A stretch of DNA of 57,727 nt from Chiloscyllium plagiosum (taxonomy: Eukaryota), in contig NC_057718.1 of assembly GCF_004010195.1 (NCBI RefSeq), positions 10,656,474-10,714,200 of the forward strand, given 5' to 3'. How positions within the stretch are numbered: the stretch's first letter is position 1; every line of letters begins with the position of its first letter. The notes below the pieces were generated by a model. It ran no database searches and was not told where the DNA came from. It saw nothing but the letters and a program-made list of their open reading frames with translations. Both the position numbers and the translations under genes were made by a program. Of the stretch, positions 35,780 to 47,330 are shown piece after piece.

Positions 35780-36248
35780 AGAGTCAGAGAGTTGTACAGC
35801 AAAGAAACAGACCCTTTGGTCCAGTTTGTCTATGTTAATGTCCACCCCCACATTGTTGGGATTCGACAATACTATTATAGCTGGAGCATTTTCTCGAAGC
35901 ACAAGAGTAATGGATGAATGAGGAGCATGGATAGGATAAATAGACAAAGTCTCTTCCCTGGGGTGGGGGAGTCCAGAACTAGATGGCATGGGTTTATGGT
36001 GAGAGGGGAAAGATATAAAAGAGACCTGAGGGGCAACTTTTTCATACAGAGGGTGGTAGGTGTATGGAATGAGCTGCTGGAGGAAGTAGTAGAGGCTAGT
36101 ACAATTGCAATGTTTAAAAGGCATCTGGATGGATATATGAATAGGAAGGGTTTGGAGACATATGTACTAGATTGGGTTGGGATATCTGCTTGGCATGGAC
36201 GGGTTGGACTGAAGGGTCTGTTTCGTGCTGTACATCTCTATGATCTGT
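35780..36248 (+). mobile_element. CR1 3' fragment preceded by a short inverted CR1 tail
   Basis: SLFPGVGESRTRWHGF...FFIQRVVGVWNEL at 35918-36248; 35780-35835 is a reverse CR1 tail. Confidence 0.85.
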
Positions 36249-36289
36249 GAATGGGAACATCATGTAATGATTACATGATGTTCCCGTGC

Positions 36290-36741
36290 AGGACACATCC
36301 CATCCTGACTTTGATCCTGGGCCTGGCCAAACTGGCCATCAACAGGTCCAGGCAGCGGGCCGTGGAGGGGGTCGTTAGGGCCGACTGCCTGCCCCTCTTC
36401 CGTGGTTACGTTAGAGCCTGGGTGTCCTTGGAGAAGGAGCACGCGGTGTCGACCAACACCCTGGAGTTGTTCAGGGAGAGGTGGGCGCCGCAGGGAGTGG
36501 AGTGCATCATTTCTCCCTCCAACTCTATTTTGATTTAGTCCCTACCCTCCCCTTCACTGTTTTGATCACACAGCACTGCCCTTTGATGTGAAGGGCAGTG
36601 TTTGTCACTGGCCACCCAGGTGTTTTCCTATCTTCCTGGTGGTGGAAATTGAATAAAGATTCATGCACTTTGTGTCTTTCACTGTGTCTCACATCTGCAC
36701 ACACACACACACACACCATGGGTGCTGGGGAAAAAAAAATA
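36290..36741 (+). mobile_element. Tx1-clade 3' end (same family as 33715-35052), cut by the gap
   Basis: LILGLAKLAINRSRQRAVEGVVRADCLPLFRGYVRAWVSLEKEH...SNSILI*; shared 3' UTR. Confidence 0.9.
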
Positions 36742-37550
36742 NNNNNNNNNNNNNNNNNNNNNNNNNNNNNNNNNNNNNNNNNNNNNNNNNNNNNNNNNNN
36801 NNNNNNNNNNNNNNNNNNNNNNNNNNNNNNNNNNNNNNNNNNNNNNNNNNNNNNNNNNNNNNNNNNNNNNNNNNNNNNNNNNNNNNNNNNNNNNNNNNNN
36901 NNNNNNNNNNNNNNNNNNNNNNNNNNNNNNNNNNNNNNNNNNNNNNNNNNNNNNNNNNNNNNNNNNNNNNNNNNNNNNNNNNNNNNNNNNNNNNNNNNNN
37001 NNNNNNNNNNNNNNNNNNNNNNNNNNNNNNNNNNNNNNNNNNNNNNNNNNNNNNNNNNNNNNNNNNNNNNNNNNNNNNNNNNNNNNNNNNNNNNNNNNNN
37101 NNNNNNNNNNNNNNNNNNNNNNNNNNNNNNNNNNNNNNNNNNNNNNNNNNNNNNNNNNNNNNNNNNNNNNNNNNNNNNNNNNNNNNNNNNNNNNNNNNNN
37201 NNNNNNNNNNNNNNNNNNNNNNNNNNNNNNNNNNNNNNNNNNNNNNNNNNNNNNNNNNNNNNNNNNNNNNNNNNNNNNNNNNNNNNNNNNNNNNNNNNNN
37301 NNNNNNNNNNNNNNNNNNNNNNNNNNNNNNNNNNNNNNNNNNNNNNNNNNNNNNNNNNNNNNNNNNNNNNNNNNNNNNNNNNNNNNNNNNNNNNNNNNNN
37401 NNNNNNNNNNNNNNNNNNNNNNNNNNNNNNNNNNNNNNNNNNNNNNNNNNNNNNNNNNNNNNNNNNNNNNNNNNNNNNNNNNNNNNNNNNNNNNNNNNNN
37501 NNNNNNNNNNNNNNNNNNNNNNNNNNNNNNNNNNNNNNNNNNNNNNNNNN
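36742..37550. other. Assembly gap
   Basis: N run. Confidence 1.
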
Positions 37551-38030
37551 CCCCCCCCCCCCCCTCCTCTAGCTTATCTCTCCATGTTTCAGGCTCTCTG
37601 CCTTTATTCCTGATGGAGGGCTTTTGCCCGAAACGTCGATTTTGCCTGTCCTCGGATGCTGCCTGAATTGCTGTGCTCTTCCAGCACCACTGATCCAGAA
37701 TCTGGTTTCCAGCATCTGCAGTCATTGTTTTTACCTCGTTGATTTTAACCCTACTGCGAATCCTCTTGCAAGGATGCCTGCCTTGAAGAAGTTTTCCTCT
37801 TCTCTCTACAAGAATCTCAGGGAGTCTCTCTCTCATTGCAACTCCCAGGTCATTTCCCCACCCTCCTCTAGCTTATCTCTCCATGCTTCAGGCTCTCTGC
37901 CTTTATTCCTGATGAAGGGCTTTTGCCCGAAACGTCGATTTTGCCTGTCCTCGGATGCTGCCTGAATTGCTGTGCTCTTCCAGCACCACTAATCCAAAAT
38001 TTCCAGCATCTGCAGTCATTGTTTTTACCT
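37551..38030 (+). mobile_element. Partial-tandem Penelope pseudo-LTRs, 299-nt period, two hammerhead motifs
   Basis: 37562-37736 repeats at 37861-38030; the spacer holds a probable ORF start (MPALKKFSSSLYKNLRESLSHCNSQVIS). Confidence 0.88.
37906..37941 (+). ncRNA. Minimal type I hammerhead ribozyme motif, core intact
   Basis: CUGAUGA(37909-37915)-A-GGGC-UUUU-GCCC-GAAA-C-GUC-GAUU; palindromic ACGU; weak stem I (AUUC/GAUU). Confidence 0.8.
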
Positions 38031-38699
38031 CTTTGAGAAGGCAGATCACGGTAACTTGCTCTAGGACAATTTGGGATGGCCAGTAGATGTTGGCCCAGCT
38101 AGCACTGTATGCATAATTTTTTTTAAAAGAAGAACCTTTTCCATTGACACTACCAATCTTCCTGACTCACCAGGATCAACAAAGGGCTCACCTGTAATTA
38201 ATTTACTGATACTGTCCTGCTCAAACAAACATCCTTTTTTGGCAATTCAAACAAGGAAGATTTATTGGTTCTTATGCAACTTGGGGCTTATTTGGTGTAA
38301 TTCTGCAATATCAAGTAAGAAAAAAAATTGGTAACTTTTTGTTGCTGAACATTTTCTGGTTTTATTTGGCAGTGTCGCTCTGGCAGTGTCAGTGGAGACA
38401 GAAACAGATGTAGGTTCATAGATCATTACAGTGCCCTTCGGCCCTGAAAAACCAATCGGAAACCCATCCAACCTAGACTATTCCATTCTCGTGTTTCTGC
38501 GTTGGAATTGGAGATAAATAGTGAGACTGGGAAGAAGTAAAAGGAAGCTGTGATAGGGTGGAAAGCAGGAGAGATTGTACATGTAGTTAGATTTAATATT
38601 GCAACGGCTATCTTTAAATTACTAATAAAAACAAAATAAAACTCCATTCGCTGAAAATCTGAAATAAAAACAGAATTATCGATTCAAAAATACTGCAAC

Positions 38700-39070
38700 A
38701 CTGGCGGAGTATATCCACGCTTTGTTTTTTTTTGTGCATCCACAGCTCTTATTAGTCCGTGTCTTATTGAAGGGGATGAATGCTCAAAAGGGAGCGGTTT
38801 GTCCAGCCCCTCAATCAGGATGCTCCCTTTTGCGGAAGTGGTTTCAGGTTCGCCGTTTCTGTCCAGGTGTCGCTTCCGGGCTGAGCTGTGCGGTACGGTA
38901 TTACCTGGCTCCAGGTAAGGAGCGCCTGCAGACGGTGGCCAGGAGCAGCGAGCCCCGAGCTCTCGGCGACATGTGCGGCTTCGGTAAGTCACTGTATTGT
39001 TCTGCATCGGTCAGAGAAGATGAAACGTGGTCCCAGTGTGTCCAGGGAAGAAAAGGATCCCGAAACGCGT
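38700..39070 (+). promoter_or_regulatory. KRTCAP3: CpG-rich promoter and first exon region of KRTCAP3
   Basis: Local CpG enrichment in CpG-poor DNA; ETS-type motifs CGGAAGTG (38833-38840) and CGCTTCCGG (38871-38879); ATG in GGCGACATG context. Confidence 0.75.
38971..38983 (+). CDS. KRTCAP3: KRTCAP3 first coding exon (MCGF + 1 nt)
   Basis: ATG TGC GGC TTC G|GTAAGT consensus donor; joins in phase 1 to 53725 (G+AT=Asp), giving [15 protein letters not shown], like human ...CAFDAARGPRRLMR. Confidence 0.88.
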
Positions 39071-39832
39071 TGTTGTAACCCACAACAGATAATCCCACGA
39101 ATGACTCTTCCCCCCCCCTCCCCTAAAATCTTGTTAAGTAACTTCTTCACTGAGAGTTAAGTGTTAAGCAAATCCCACCTTAATGTAATGATGCATTTCC
39201 AATATTTAAATGTTTTTCCTTTTACGATTGAACATAATAGATTCAAAACAAAGGAATTCTTTTTCTGAAACATTGCAGTGAATTTGAAATGTGTTGATTG
39301 GGAATGAAGGATTAGAAACAGATTTACTGGTGATTCTTGAGATTGAAGTGGAAAACTTTGTAAAGCTGTGGTGAAATAATAGATGATTGTGACTGAATAG
39401 TATTTCAAAGCACCAAGGCAGGTAGTGGAACAAAAGGCCTACTTCTGAAAGATTCTGTGAAAAAGCTGAGATAGCTACTTCCATTTTTTTTAGATAACCA
39501 GTGCTGATTTTTCTTTTCAGTCTACAAATTGGTTGAACAAATATGGGACTATTGACACATGTTTTATAACTCTATTTGGTCAATTTCTGATGTGGAGCTA
39601 GGGAACCTTTTGTCTTTTTTTTTTAATCCCTGAGAAGAACTTTTGATTACGTTCACTCCATTACTAATGCGACCTAGTCATCGCTTCTTTTGATTACGAA
39701 TTGCAGCCCTGCTACAGTTCATATGTAGCTGAACTTTCACCTTTTGCCTTTTGAAATAATCAAGTCCATGAGGAACAATGTTCTCATGGCCAGCTAACTA
39801 TTTTGTACTCTTTAAGAGAACTGAGAGAGGAA

Positions 39833-40045
39833 AATTAGAATTAGAATTCCTACAGTGTGGAAAGAAGCCCTTCAGCCCAGCAGGTCCACACCAACCCTCT
39901 GGAGATTATCCCACTCAAACCCATTCTTCTATGTTTATCCCTGAATAAAGCATCTATCTTACACATCCCTGACCACTATGGGCAACTTAGTACGGCCAAT
40001 TCACCTAATCTGCATATCTTTGGATTGTGGGAGAAAACTGGAGCA
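39833..40045 (-). mobile_element. HE1-like SINE, 3' part
   Basis: ttagaattagaattcctacagtgtggaaag...gggcaacttagtacggccaattcacctaatctgca. Confidence 0.85.
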
Positions 40046-40059
40046 AGAGTGACAGGAGG

Positions 40060-40590
40060 ACAATAATAAAAGACAATATGGATTTGTAAAGGATCAATAA
40101 AACCTACTGATCCTGCTGGAATCTTTTGCACAGGTGAGTTCAGGGGAATATCAGTGATTACAATGGATTTTCAAAAGATGAAGTCTGTCATGAGAAACTA
40201 ATGTTGGAGTTCATGGAGTTGAGAGCAAGTTATTGACCTAGTTAAAACACAAAGCAGCAGGAGAAAGAGTCACTATAATGCACAGGAACTCTTCATTTGC
40301 AAAATGTAACCTCTGCATTCATTGTATTAATTAACAACTGGACAGCCTATTCTATCCAAATTTGTTGTATGGCACAGGGATAAATGGCATTGTATAGATT
40401 TTAAAAAATGACAAGTTATTGGTGAATTAAGTGAGTGGGCAAAACTGACAGATGTCAATGTACTTTGAATCCAAGAACAGTTGATTAGAATACTTACACT
40501 GCAATAGCTTTTTACTATTTAGTAAGCTTGAAGAGACTTGGGAGTTTATGTACACAGATCACTGAACTGTCATTGACTGCCCCAAAATAA
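40060..40590 (+). mobile_element. Very old CR1 RT remnant
   Basis: caatatggatttgtaaagg, atggattttcaaaag, taagtgagtgggcaaaa, agagacttgggagt in CR1 order. Confidence 0.55.
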
Positions 40591-40611
40591 ATCAAAATAA
40601 TTGTAAAATGA

Positions 40612-41160
40612 ATGGTGGCTCAGTGGTTAGCACTGCTGCCTCACAGCACCAGGGACCAGGGCTTGACAATCCCCTCTGGCAACTGTCTGTGTGGAGTTTA
40701 CATATTCTCCCAGAGTCTGCATCAGTTTTCACCAGGTGTTTTGGTTTCCTCCCACAATCCAAAGATGTACAAGTTAGGTGAATGGAGTGTGGTGCTGGAA
40801 ATGCACAGCAAGTCAGGCAGCATCTGAGGCGCAAGAGAATTGATGTTTCATTCCTGATGGAGGGCTTTTGTGCAAAACGTTGATTCTCCTGCTCCCGGAT
40901 GCTGCCTGATCTGCTGTGCTTTTCCAGCACCATACTTTCAACTCTAATCTCCAGCGTCTGCAGTCCTCACTTTCGCCGAGTTAGGTGAATTGGCCATGCC
41001 AATTACACATTGTGTTCAGAGATGTGTAGGTTGGGTGGATTAGCCATGGGAAATGTAGGGGTAGAGGGATGGGTATGGGTGGGATGCTTTTCGGAGGGTT
41101 GGTGTGGACTCGTTGGGCTGATTGGCCTGTTTCCACACTGTAGAGATGCTATTCTATTCA
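40612..41160 (+). mobile_element. HE1-like SINE interrupted by a Penelope pseudo-LTR palindrome
   Basis: A box TGGCTCAGTGG; SINE resumes at 40979 and ends ...ccacactgtagagatgctattctatt. Confidence 0.9.
40784..40978. mobile_element. Palindromic Penelope pseudo-LTR insertion with decayed hammerhead
   Basis: Inverted arms; CTGATGGAGGGCTTTTGTGCAAAACGTTG; 12-bp TSD AGTTAGGTGAAT at 40772-40783 and 40979-40990. Confidence 0.88.
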
Positions 41161-41529
41161 TACCTTGAGAACTTGAGTATCGAGTTAGATGTCATACTGC
41201 AGTCTTTGAGGGAGAATTTTGGAAGGAGTATAACATCAAAAACTGTAAGAGTGGGATAAAACCACTGAACGTGTTTATCATGTGTGTATTAAACAAATTT
41301 AACATTGTATGTATGGTTGTTGGGTCAAAGCTACACCAATGAAGCTCTGATTTTGTGAGACTGTTGGGAGGAGCTTAGAAATTGAGGTCTTGAATGCTCA
41401 TCGTTGTTCTCCATCACTCCTTTTGTCTCTTCCCTCCCTGACGTTGATCTCTACTTCTGTCTCTTTCTGGTCTTTCTGAAAGTAAGAGCAAAATAAAGTC
41501 CTTAATGTCTCTGAGCTACATGTCCTGCT

Positions 41530-41800
41530 TTTTAACTGCTTTGCAATGACTTACCATACCTTCTGCTCCTGGGCCCCCTGTTCTGAAATCTTTCCCTAAA
41601 CATCTCTAACTTTCCATGTCTCTTTCTCTGCTCCTTTTAAAATGGTCCTCAAAACCTACCTCTTTGACCAAGCTCATGGTTACCTGTCTGATACATCCAT
41701 GTGTGGCTGAATGTGAAACTTTATTGGGATTGCTCCTGTTAAGGACCTTTAGGATACATTGCTCCGTTTAAATGTGCTGTATAAATGCAATTTGTTGCTC
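41530..41800 (+). mobile_element. L2-type 3' end remnant
   Basis: aaaacctacctctttgaccaagc ... gtgctgtataaatgcaatttgttg. Confidence 0.6.
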
Positions 41801-44800
41801 GTATCATTACCCTGGAAGTGGTTGCAACAGATTTGTAATTTTAGGATTGAAACAGCAGGTGTACAAGGATTATTGGTTGAAAGCATTCAGACTTGCATGC
41901 TGACAACTTTCATACAAATTTTAATTGATTTTAAATTATTCAGATAATTCAACTCTTGGCAACATCAGCAGTCAATTATTCAGTTGAATAGAAAACGACC
42001 AGATCTACCCACACTTGTTGCATTGACTTGTGTTGAGTGAATAATTGCGCTTTTAAATCATCTACCCATTTAGTTATATCACAGTAATTAGTTGCAAATA
42101 CTTGTTTTGTGAGGTCCCTTTGACATCCCAAAGCCAGTTCTTGGACTTAAATAGTTGTGCTAAGGGTGGAAGCAAATGATGTTGTGCAGATCAAAATACG
42201 CTGTATGTGCCTTGATAATGAAGGGGACATGTATACCTTAGTCTGGATTTGATTTTAGCACATTTATTTCATGCCAGGTTAGTTTGAGCAAGCTGAAGTC
42301 AGGGTAAGAATATTCAGATGAACAAAAACAAACATTACTAGAGAAGCTCAGCAGGTCTGGCAGCATCTGTGGAGAGAAAACAGTTAATGTTTTGGGTCCA
42401 TTGACCCTTCAGAATTATTCAGAAAATGTTGAAGTTTGGTGCAAGGCTCTGAAAGGTCTTGCCTTTGTTGAGCTGCAGAAGTTTGTTGAGAACTTGTTTC
42501 CGTGCTGAGCAAGTGGTGATCAAGAAATCAAAGGTAGCTGCAGACAAGTTAAAGCTGGGCATCATCAGCATGCAATTAAATGCTTACTCTTATCTCTGGG
42601 TATTGTTGTTGAGAATGAGTAAGCAAAGGTCAAAGGGTTGAGGGAAATGGTGTGTTCAGGAGGTGATGTAATGGGAGGTAGGTGCTGGTATTGTAGAGAG
42701 GGCGAAGAAGATGATATTTTGAAACCTCTGGACTCACCAGTATTCCCAACGTAAGATGAGCTACGTTTCCAGTCAGAAGAAGGTTTTGATTGGATTAGAC
42801 TGGTATTTTGTAGAAGGTAAGCAAATTCCTCCCTTCCCAATTTAAGATAATCTTGAAAGCCTGACTCTTACATGCATACATTTCTGATTAAATAATATCT
42901 GATAAACTGATTCTGCTGAGGGCGGGTCATGCCAAGTGCAAATAAAAAAACACTTTGCAAATATTTGTGTTTTGGTTCAAATAGCAATTCAACTTATCAC
43001 TCAATACTTTTTTTAAAAGAGCTTTTGCGCTGCAAGACCCACATCAAATTTAACAGTATTATTTGTCCTTCTTCATCACTGCCTCCGATAATTAGCATTG
43101 TCAAATTATGAAGCTACTTGTTGCCAGCTTTTTTTTTGTAAATATATTTATTAGCGCAAAAAAATTTTCTGACTTTTATAAAATTATTGAAAATACAACC
43201 AATAACAAATACCAGTATAATAAAGAGAAAGCAAACACAAATTACAATACAACTACTGTCTACTGTCTACTAACTACTAACCTACCCTATAATACAAAAC
43301 AAAACCTAATACTGTGCAAAACAACACCAATAAATAAGTGACTAATAGATCAAAAAAAAAGCAAAAGAAAACAAAAACACAAAGTATCTATGCTCGACAC
43401 AAAGCTCCCAAACAAAAGAACGGGACCGTTGTGTATATACCCGTGTTAACTCAGGAGTACCCCCTCCAGGGCTCAACAAACCTAACCGTCCTGGTTAAAC
43501 AAACTCCCTAGTTAAAATAACTGACAAATCTATATCCAAATAACCCAAATACAGCTGCCATGTCTTATAAAAATGGTCTGTTGTGTAGTGTACCATGTTT
43601 GTAAAACATGCCAACGGAATGTGCTCCATAATTAGTTTCCACCATCCCAGCAAACCTGGCGGGTTCTCAACTCACCCAATTCATCAGAATATTCTTCTGT
43701 GCACAGTATGCAAGAATATTAAATAGTATCTTCCCATGCCCATCTAAGGATGATAAATTCGGTAGACGTAGAGGATAGATATTGGGTCTACTTTAACTTA
43801 AGTCCTCAATACCCTCCCTATCTCTCCTGCCACAGTGCTCCAATTAACATGGAGCCTGTGGCATGTCCAGAAGCAATGGGTAAGAGTACCTACACTTATT
43901 TTACATTTGGGGCACATTGAAGATGCCCCTTTTTAAACTTCACCAGACGGTCCGGTGCCAGATGAACCCTGTGCAGGACTTTTAATTGCATAGCACATGT
44001 CCTATTACAGATTGAGATCTTTTGTGCATTCTTCCATGTTTCAGAAGAGATCTCCACTCCTAGCTCTTGCTCCCAGACCTCATGTAATGGGAAATATCCT
44101 GCCAGGCCCTGCCACCCAGCAGGTGATAGAAGGCACTAACCAAAAAGGTGCTTGTGGAACCTAGCAACAACCTCTTAATACCGGGCTTATAAGGACTTAG
44201 TAAAAAGCGTAGTCATCTTCTGGATGAAATCCCTAATCTGGAAAAAAAATGGAAAATATCTCTGCTGGACAACTCAGTTGCTCAAAAGACCTCATTACAT
44301 CCCCCTCAAACAAGTCTCCCAAACTGGAAATGCCATAGTGTGAACCCCGAGTCCATCACCCCTGTTCGGAACCTTGGCATACCAACCATAGGCATAAGTG
44401 GCGAAGTCTTGGATAAGCAATCCTCACTCTGACGCATTGCCCTCCATGCCTTGACTGTACTAACAACAATGGGTTTCTGACAGTGGTCCATAACTGTCCT
44501 CCTCTTATTCATGAACAACAGGTTAATAAGAGGGTACTTTGCCTGGGAGGTCTTGATATCCAGCCATATTGAACCTGGATCGTTATCTACTCAATCACAA
44601 AGGACAACAGGGAACTCAGCTGATACCTCCTAATGTCTGGGAAATCAATTCCTCCCCCTCCTTGAGGCAACTGCAATTTAGTAAGTTTGATGAGGGGCTG
44701 CCCACGATGCCAGACAAAGGAACCAAACCAACCCATAAGTTACCACAGTGTTGACCTGGGAAACATCATAGGGAGCATATGCATGGGAAACAGCAAATGA

Positions 44801-45776
44801 GGAAGAACATTTCATCATGATAAGAGATATTTGGCCCAACCATGAAATTGGAAGAGCCTCCCATCTCTGCAGATCCCACCTAATATTGTCGAGCAAGTGA
44901 GCAAAGTTAGTCCGAAATAACCGATCAAACTTGGGGGTAATAAAAATTCCTAGGTATCGGAACACTGCCCGTGTCCACTTAAAAGGGAACTTAGGTCCAC
45001 TTTCAACCGCTGGCACTTCCTTGAAGTTCCCAAAGGCAGAGCCTCCGATTTTGCAAAGTTGTTCTTATATCCTGAAATAGCCCCAACGAATTGATACATT
45101 GTATCTGATGTGGCATGGAGGTCATCAAAAGGACATCATCCGCATACCGTGTAATCTTGTGTACTCTCAATCCCACATCCGGAGCGGTTATGTGGACGTT
45201 CTGACATTTGGCCTCTGCCATCACCAATGTAAACAACAATTTGTGTGAAAGGGGCAGTCTTGACGACTACCCCTACCAATCCTAAAGTTCCCAGACATCA
45301 CCCCATTGATGATGACCGTGGCTAGAAGGTGGCAATTATAAAACCCCCACCTACCTAGCAAAGACCCACCCAACCCAAACAACTCTAAGACATTTAAAAA
45401 ATACGGCCATTTCACCCAGTCAAGTGCTTTCTCTGCATCTAAGGAAATCAGCAACCCCTGAATAGATCGTTGCTGACAAACTTGGACCATGTTCAGCAAC
45501 CTTCTAATATTATTGGAAGACCTACGGCCCTTTTATAAAACCTGTCTGATCCTCTTTAACAATATGGGGCAACACCTTTTCCAATCTCAGCACCAAGATC
45601 TTAGACAGAATCTTGAAATTTGAATTTAATAGAGAGATGGGCCTGTATGAGGCACAATCCTCAGGAACCTTCCCCTTTAAGAATTAAGGAAATATTAGCT
45701 TCTCTCAAAGATGGTGGTAAGCGTTCATGCATATAGGAGTGATTGTACATCTCCAACATCGACCTTGACAGAATTT

Positions 45777-45915
45777 ATAGAACATAGAAGAATACAGCGC
45801 AGTACAGGCCCTTCGGCCCTCGATGTTGCGCCGATCCAAGCCCACCTAACCTACACTAGCCCACTATCCTCCATATGCCTAACCAATGCCCGCTTAAATG
45901 CCCATAATGACCATT
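45777..45915 (-). mobile_element. CR1 extreme 3' end (young subfamily)
   Basis: atagaacatagaagaatacagcgcagtacaggcccttcggccctcg tail with CpGs retained. Confidence 0.8.
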
Positions 45916-46527
45916 CATACCCCGGATTTCGTCTAGCATGTGTTCAGAAGGCATTTCCCGTGGGGACGGAATCTCCTTACAATACATTTCATCTGATTTA
46001 TAAATTCATGCAACAGTCAGCATGCTTTCCACAGACCAATCAAAAACATGCACTTATTTTATGGTTATCGATATCCAATCACAATTAGTCATTCTGGTTA
46101 GTAAACTGGTCTCACCGTATTGTATTCAGCCAAGGACAACTTCCGAACACTTGTCTCATTATAAAACATAATTTCTAGCAGAGAACATTTTTATCTCAAA
46201 TACACTTTTTTCCTTGTCATTAAAATTTTTCTTGCCCTTTTTCTGTGACTGCTTCTGTGTGTAACAGTTACACAGTCTCCCACTCAGTTGGCTGGATGGT
46301 TGGTTTGTGATGCAGAGGGAGGCCACCAGCGCAGGTTCAATTCCCCACACTGACAGAGGTTACCGTAAAGGGGATGCTCTCTCAACCTCACCCCATCACC
46401 CGTGTGGTGACCTTCAACATAAACCACCATGAATGGTCTCTCTAATGATAGTTATTTGTGACTCTAATCTCGCAATGTTAGCATTTTAAGTTTTTAGCAA
46501 ATTTTTTTATTGAAAAATATATTTTTC

Positions 46528-47330
46528 CTAGTCCAAACCTCCAACTCACCCTCAATGCCATATCTCCGTATTTTCTGCAGTAGCCTACCATGGGGAACCT
46601 TATCAAACGCCTTACTAAAATCCATATATACCACATCTACCGCTTTCCCTTCATCAATCTCTTTCGTCACGTTTTCAAAGAATTCAATAAGGTTTGTGAG
46701 GCACGACTTGCCCTTCACAAAACCATGCTGACTATCCTTGTTCACATTATTCCTATCCAGATGTGCATAAATCCTATCCCTTACTATTCTCTCTAAGACT
46801 TTGCCCACAACAGAAGTGCGACTCGCCGGCCTATAGTTACTAGGGTTATCCCTACTCCCCTTCTTGAACAAGGGAACCACATTTGCTCGCCTCCAATCTT
46901 CTGGCACTACTCCTGTAGACAACGAGGACATAAATATCAAGGCCAATGGCCTGCAATCTCCTCCCTTGCTTCCCAGAGAATCCTAGGATAAATACCATCA
47001 GGCCCAGGGGACTTGTCTATTTTCACGCTTTCCAGAATTTCCAACACCCCTTCTCTACAAACCTCAGCCATCCATTCTACTTAATTGTGACTCAGTATTC
47101 ACATTGACAACAATGTCCTGTTCCTGAGTGAATACTGACGAAAAGTATTCATTCAGCGTCTCCCCAATCTCTTCAGCCTCCACTCGCAACTTCCCACTAC
47201 TATCCTTGACTGGACCTATTCCTACCCTAGTCATTCTTTTATTCCTGACATACCTATAGAAAGCCTTAGGGTTTTCCCTAATCCTACCAACTAAGGACCT
47301 TTCATGTCCCCTCCTTGCTGCAAACTCCTT
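46528..47330 (-). mobile_element. Young CR1 RT fragment
   Basis: VPEDWRRANVVPLFKKG..NYRP..QHGFVKGKSCLTNLIEFF..VYMDFSKAFDKVPH. Confidence 0.93.

Noticed and set aside
36598..37836. ORFs of 314-385 aa in the ORF track
   Set aside because: They are translations through the N gap.
37562..38030. CRISPR-like or prokaryotic repeat array
   Set aside because: Only two long units of a dispersed eukaryotic retroelement terminus, with no repeat-spacer pattern.
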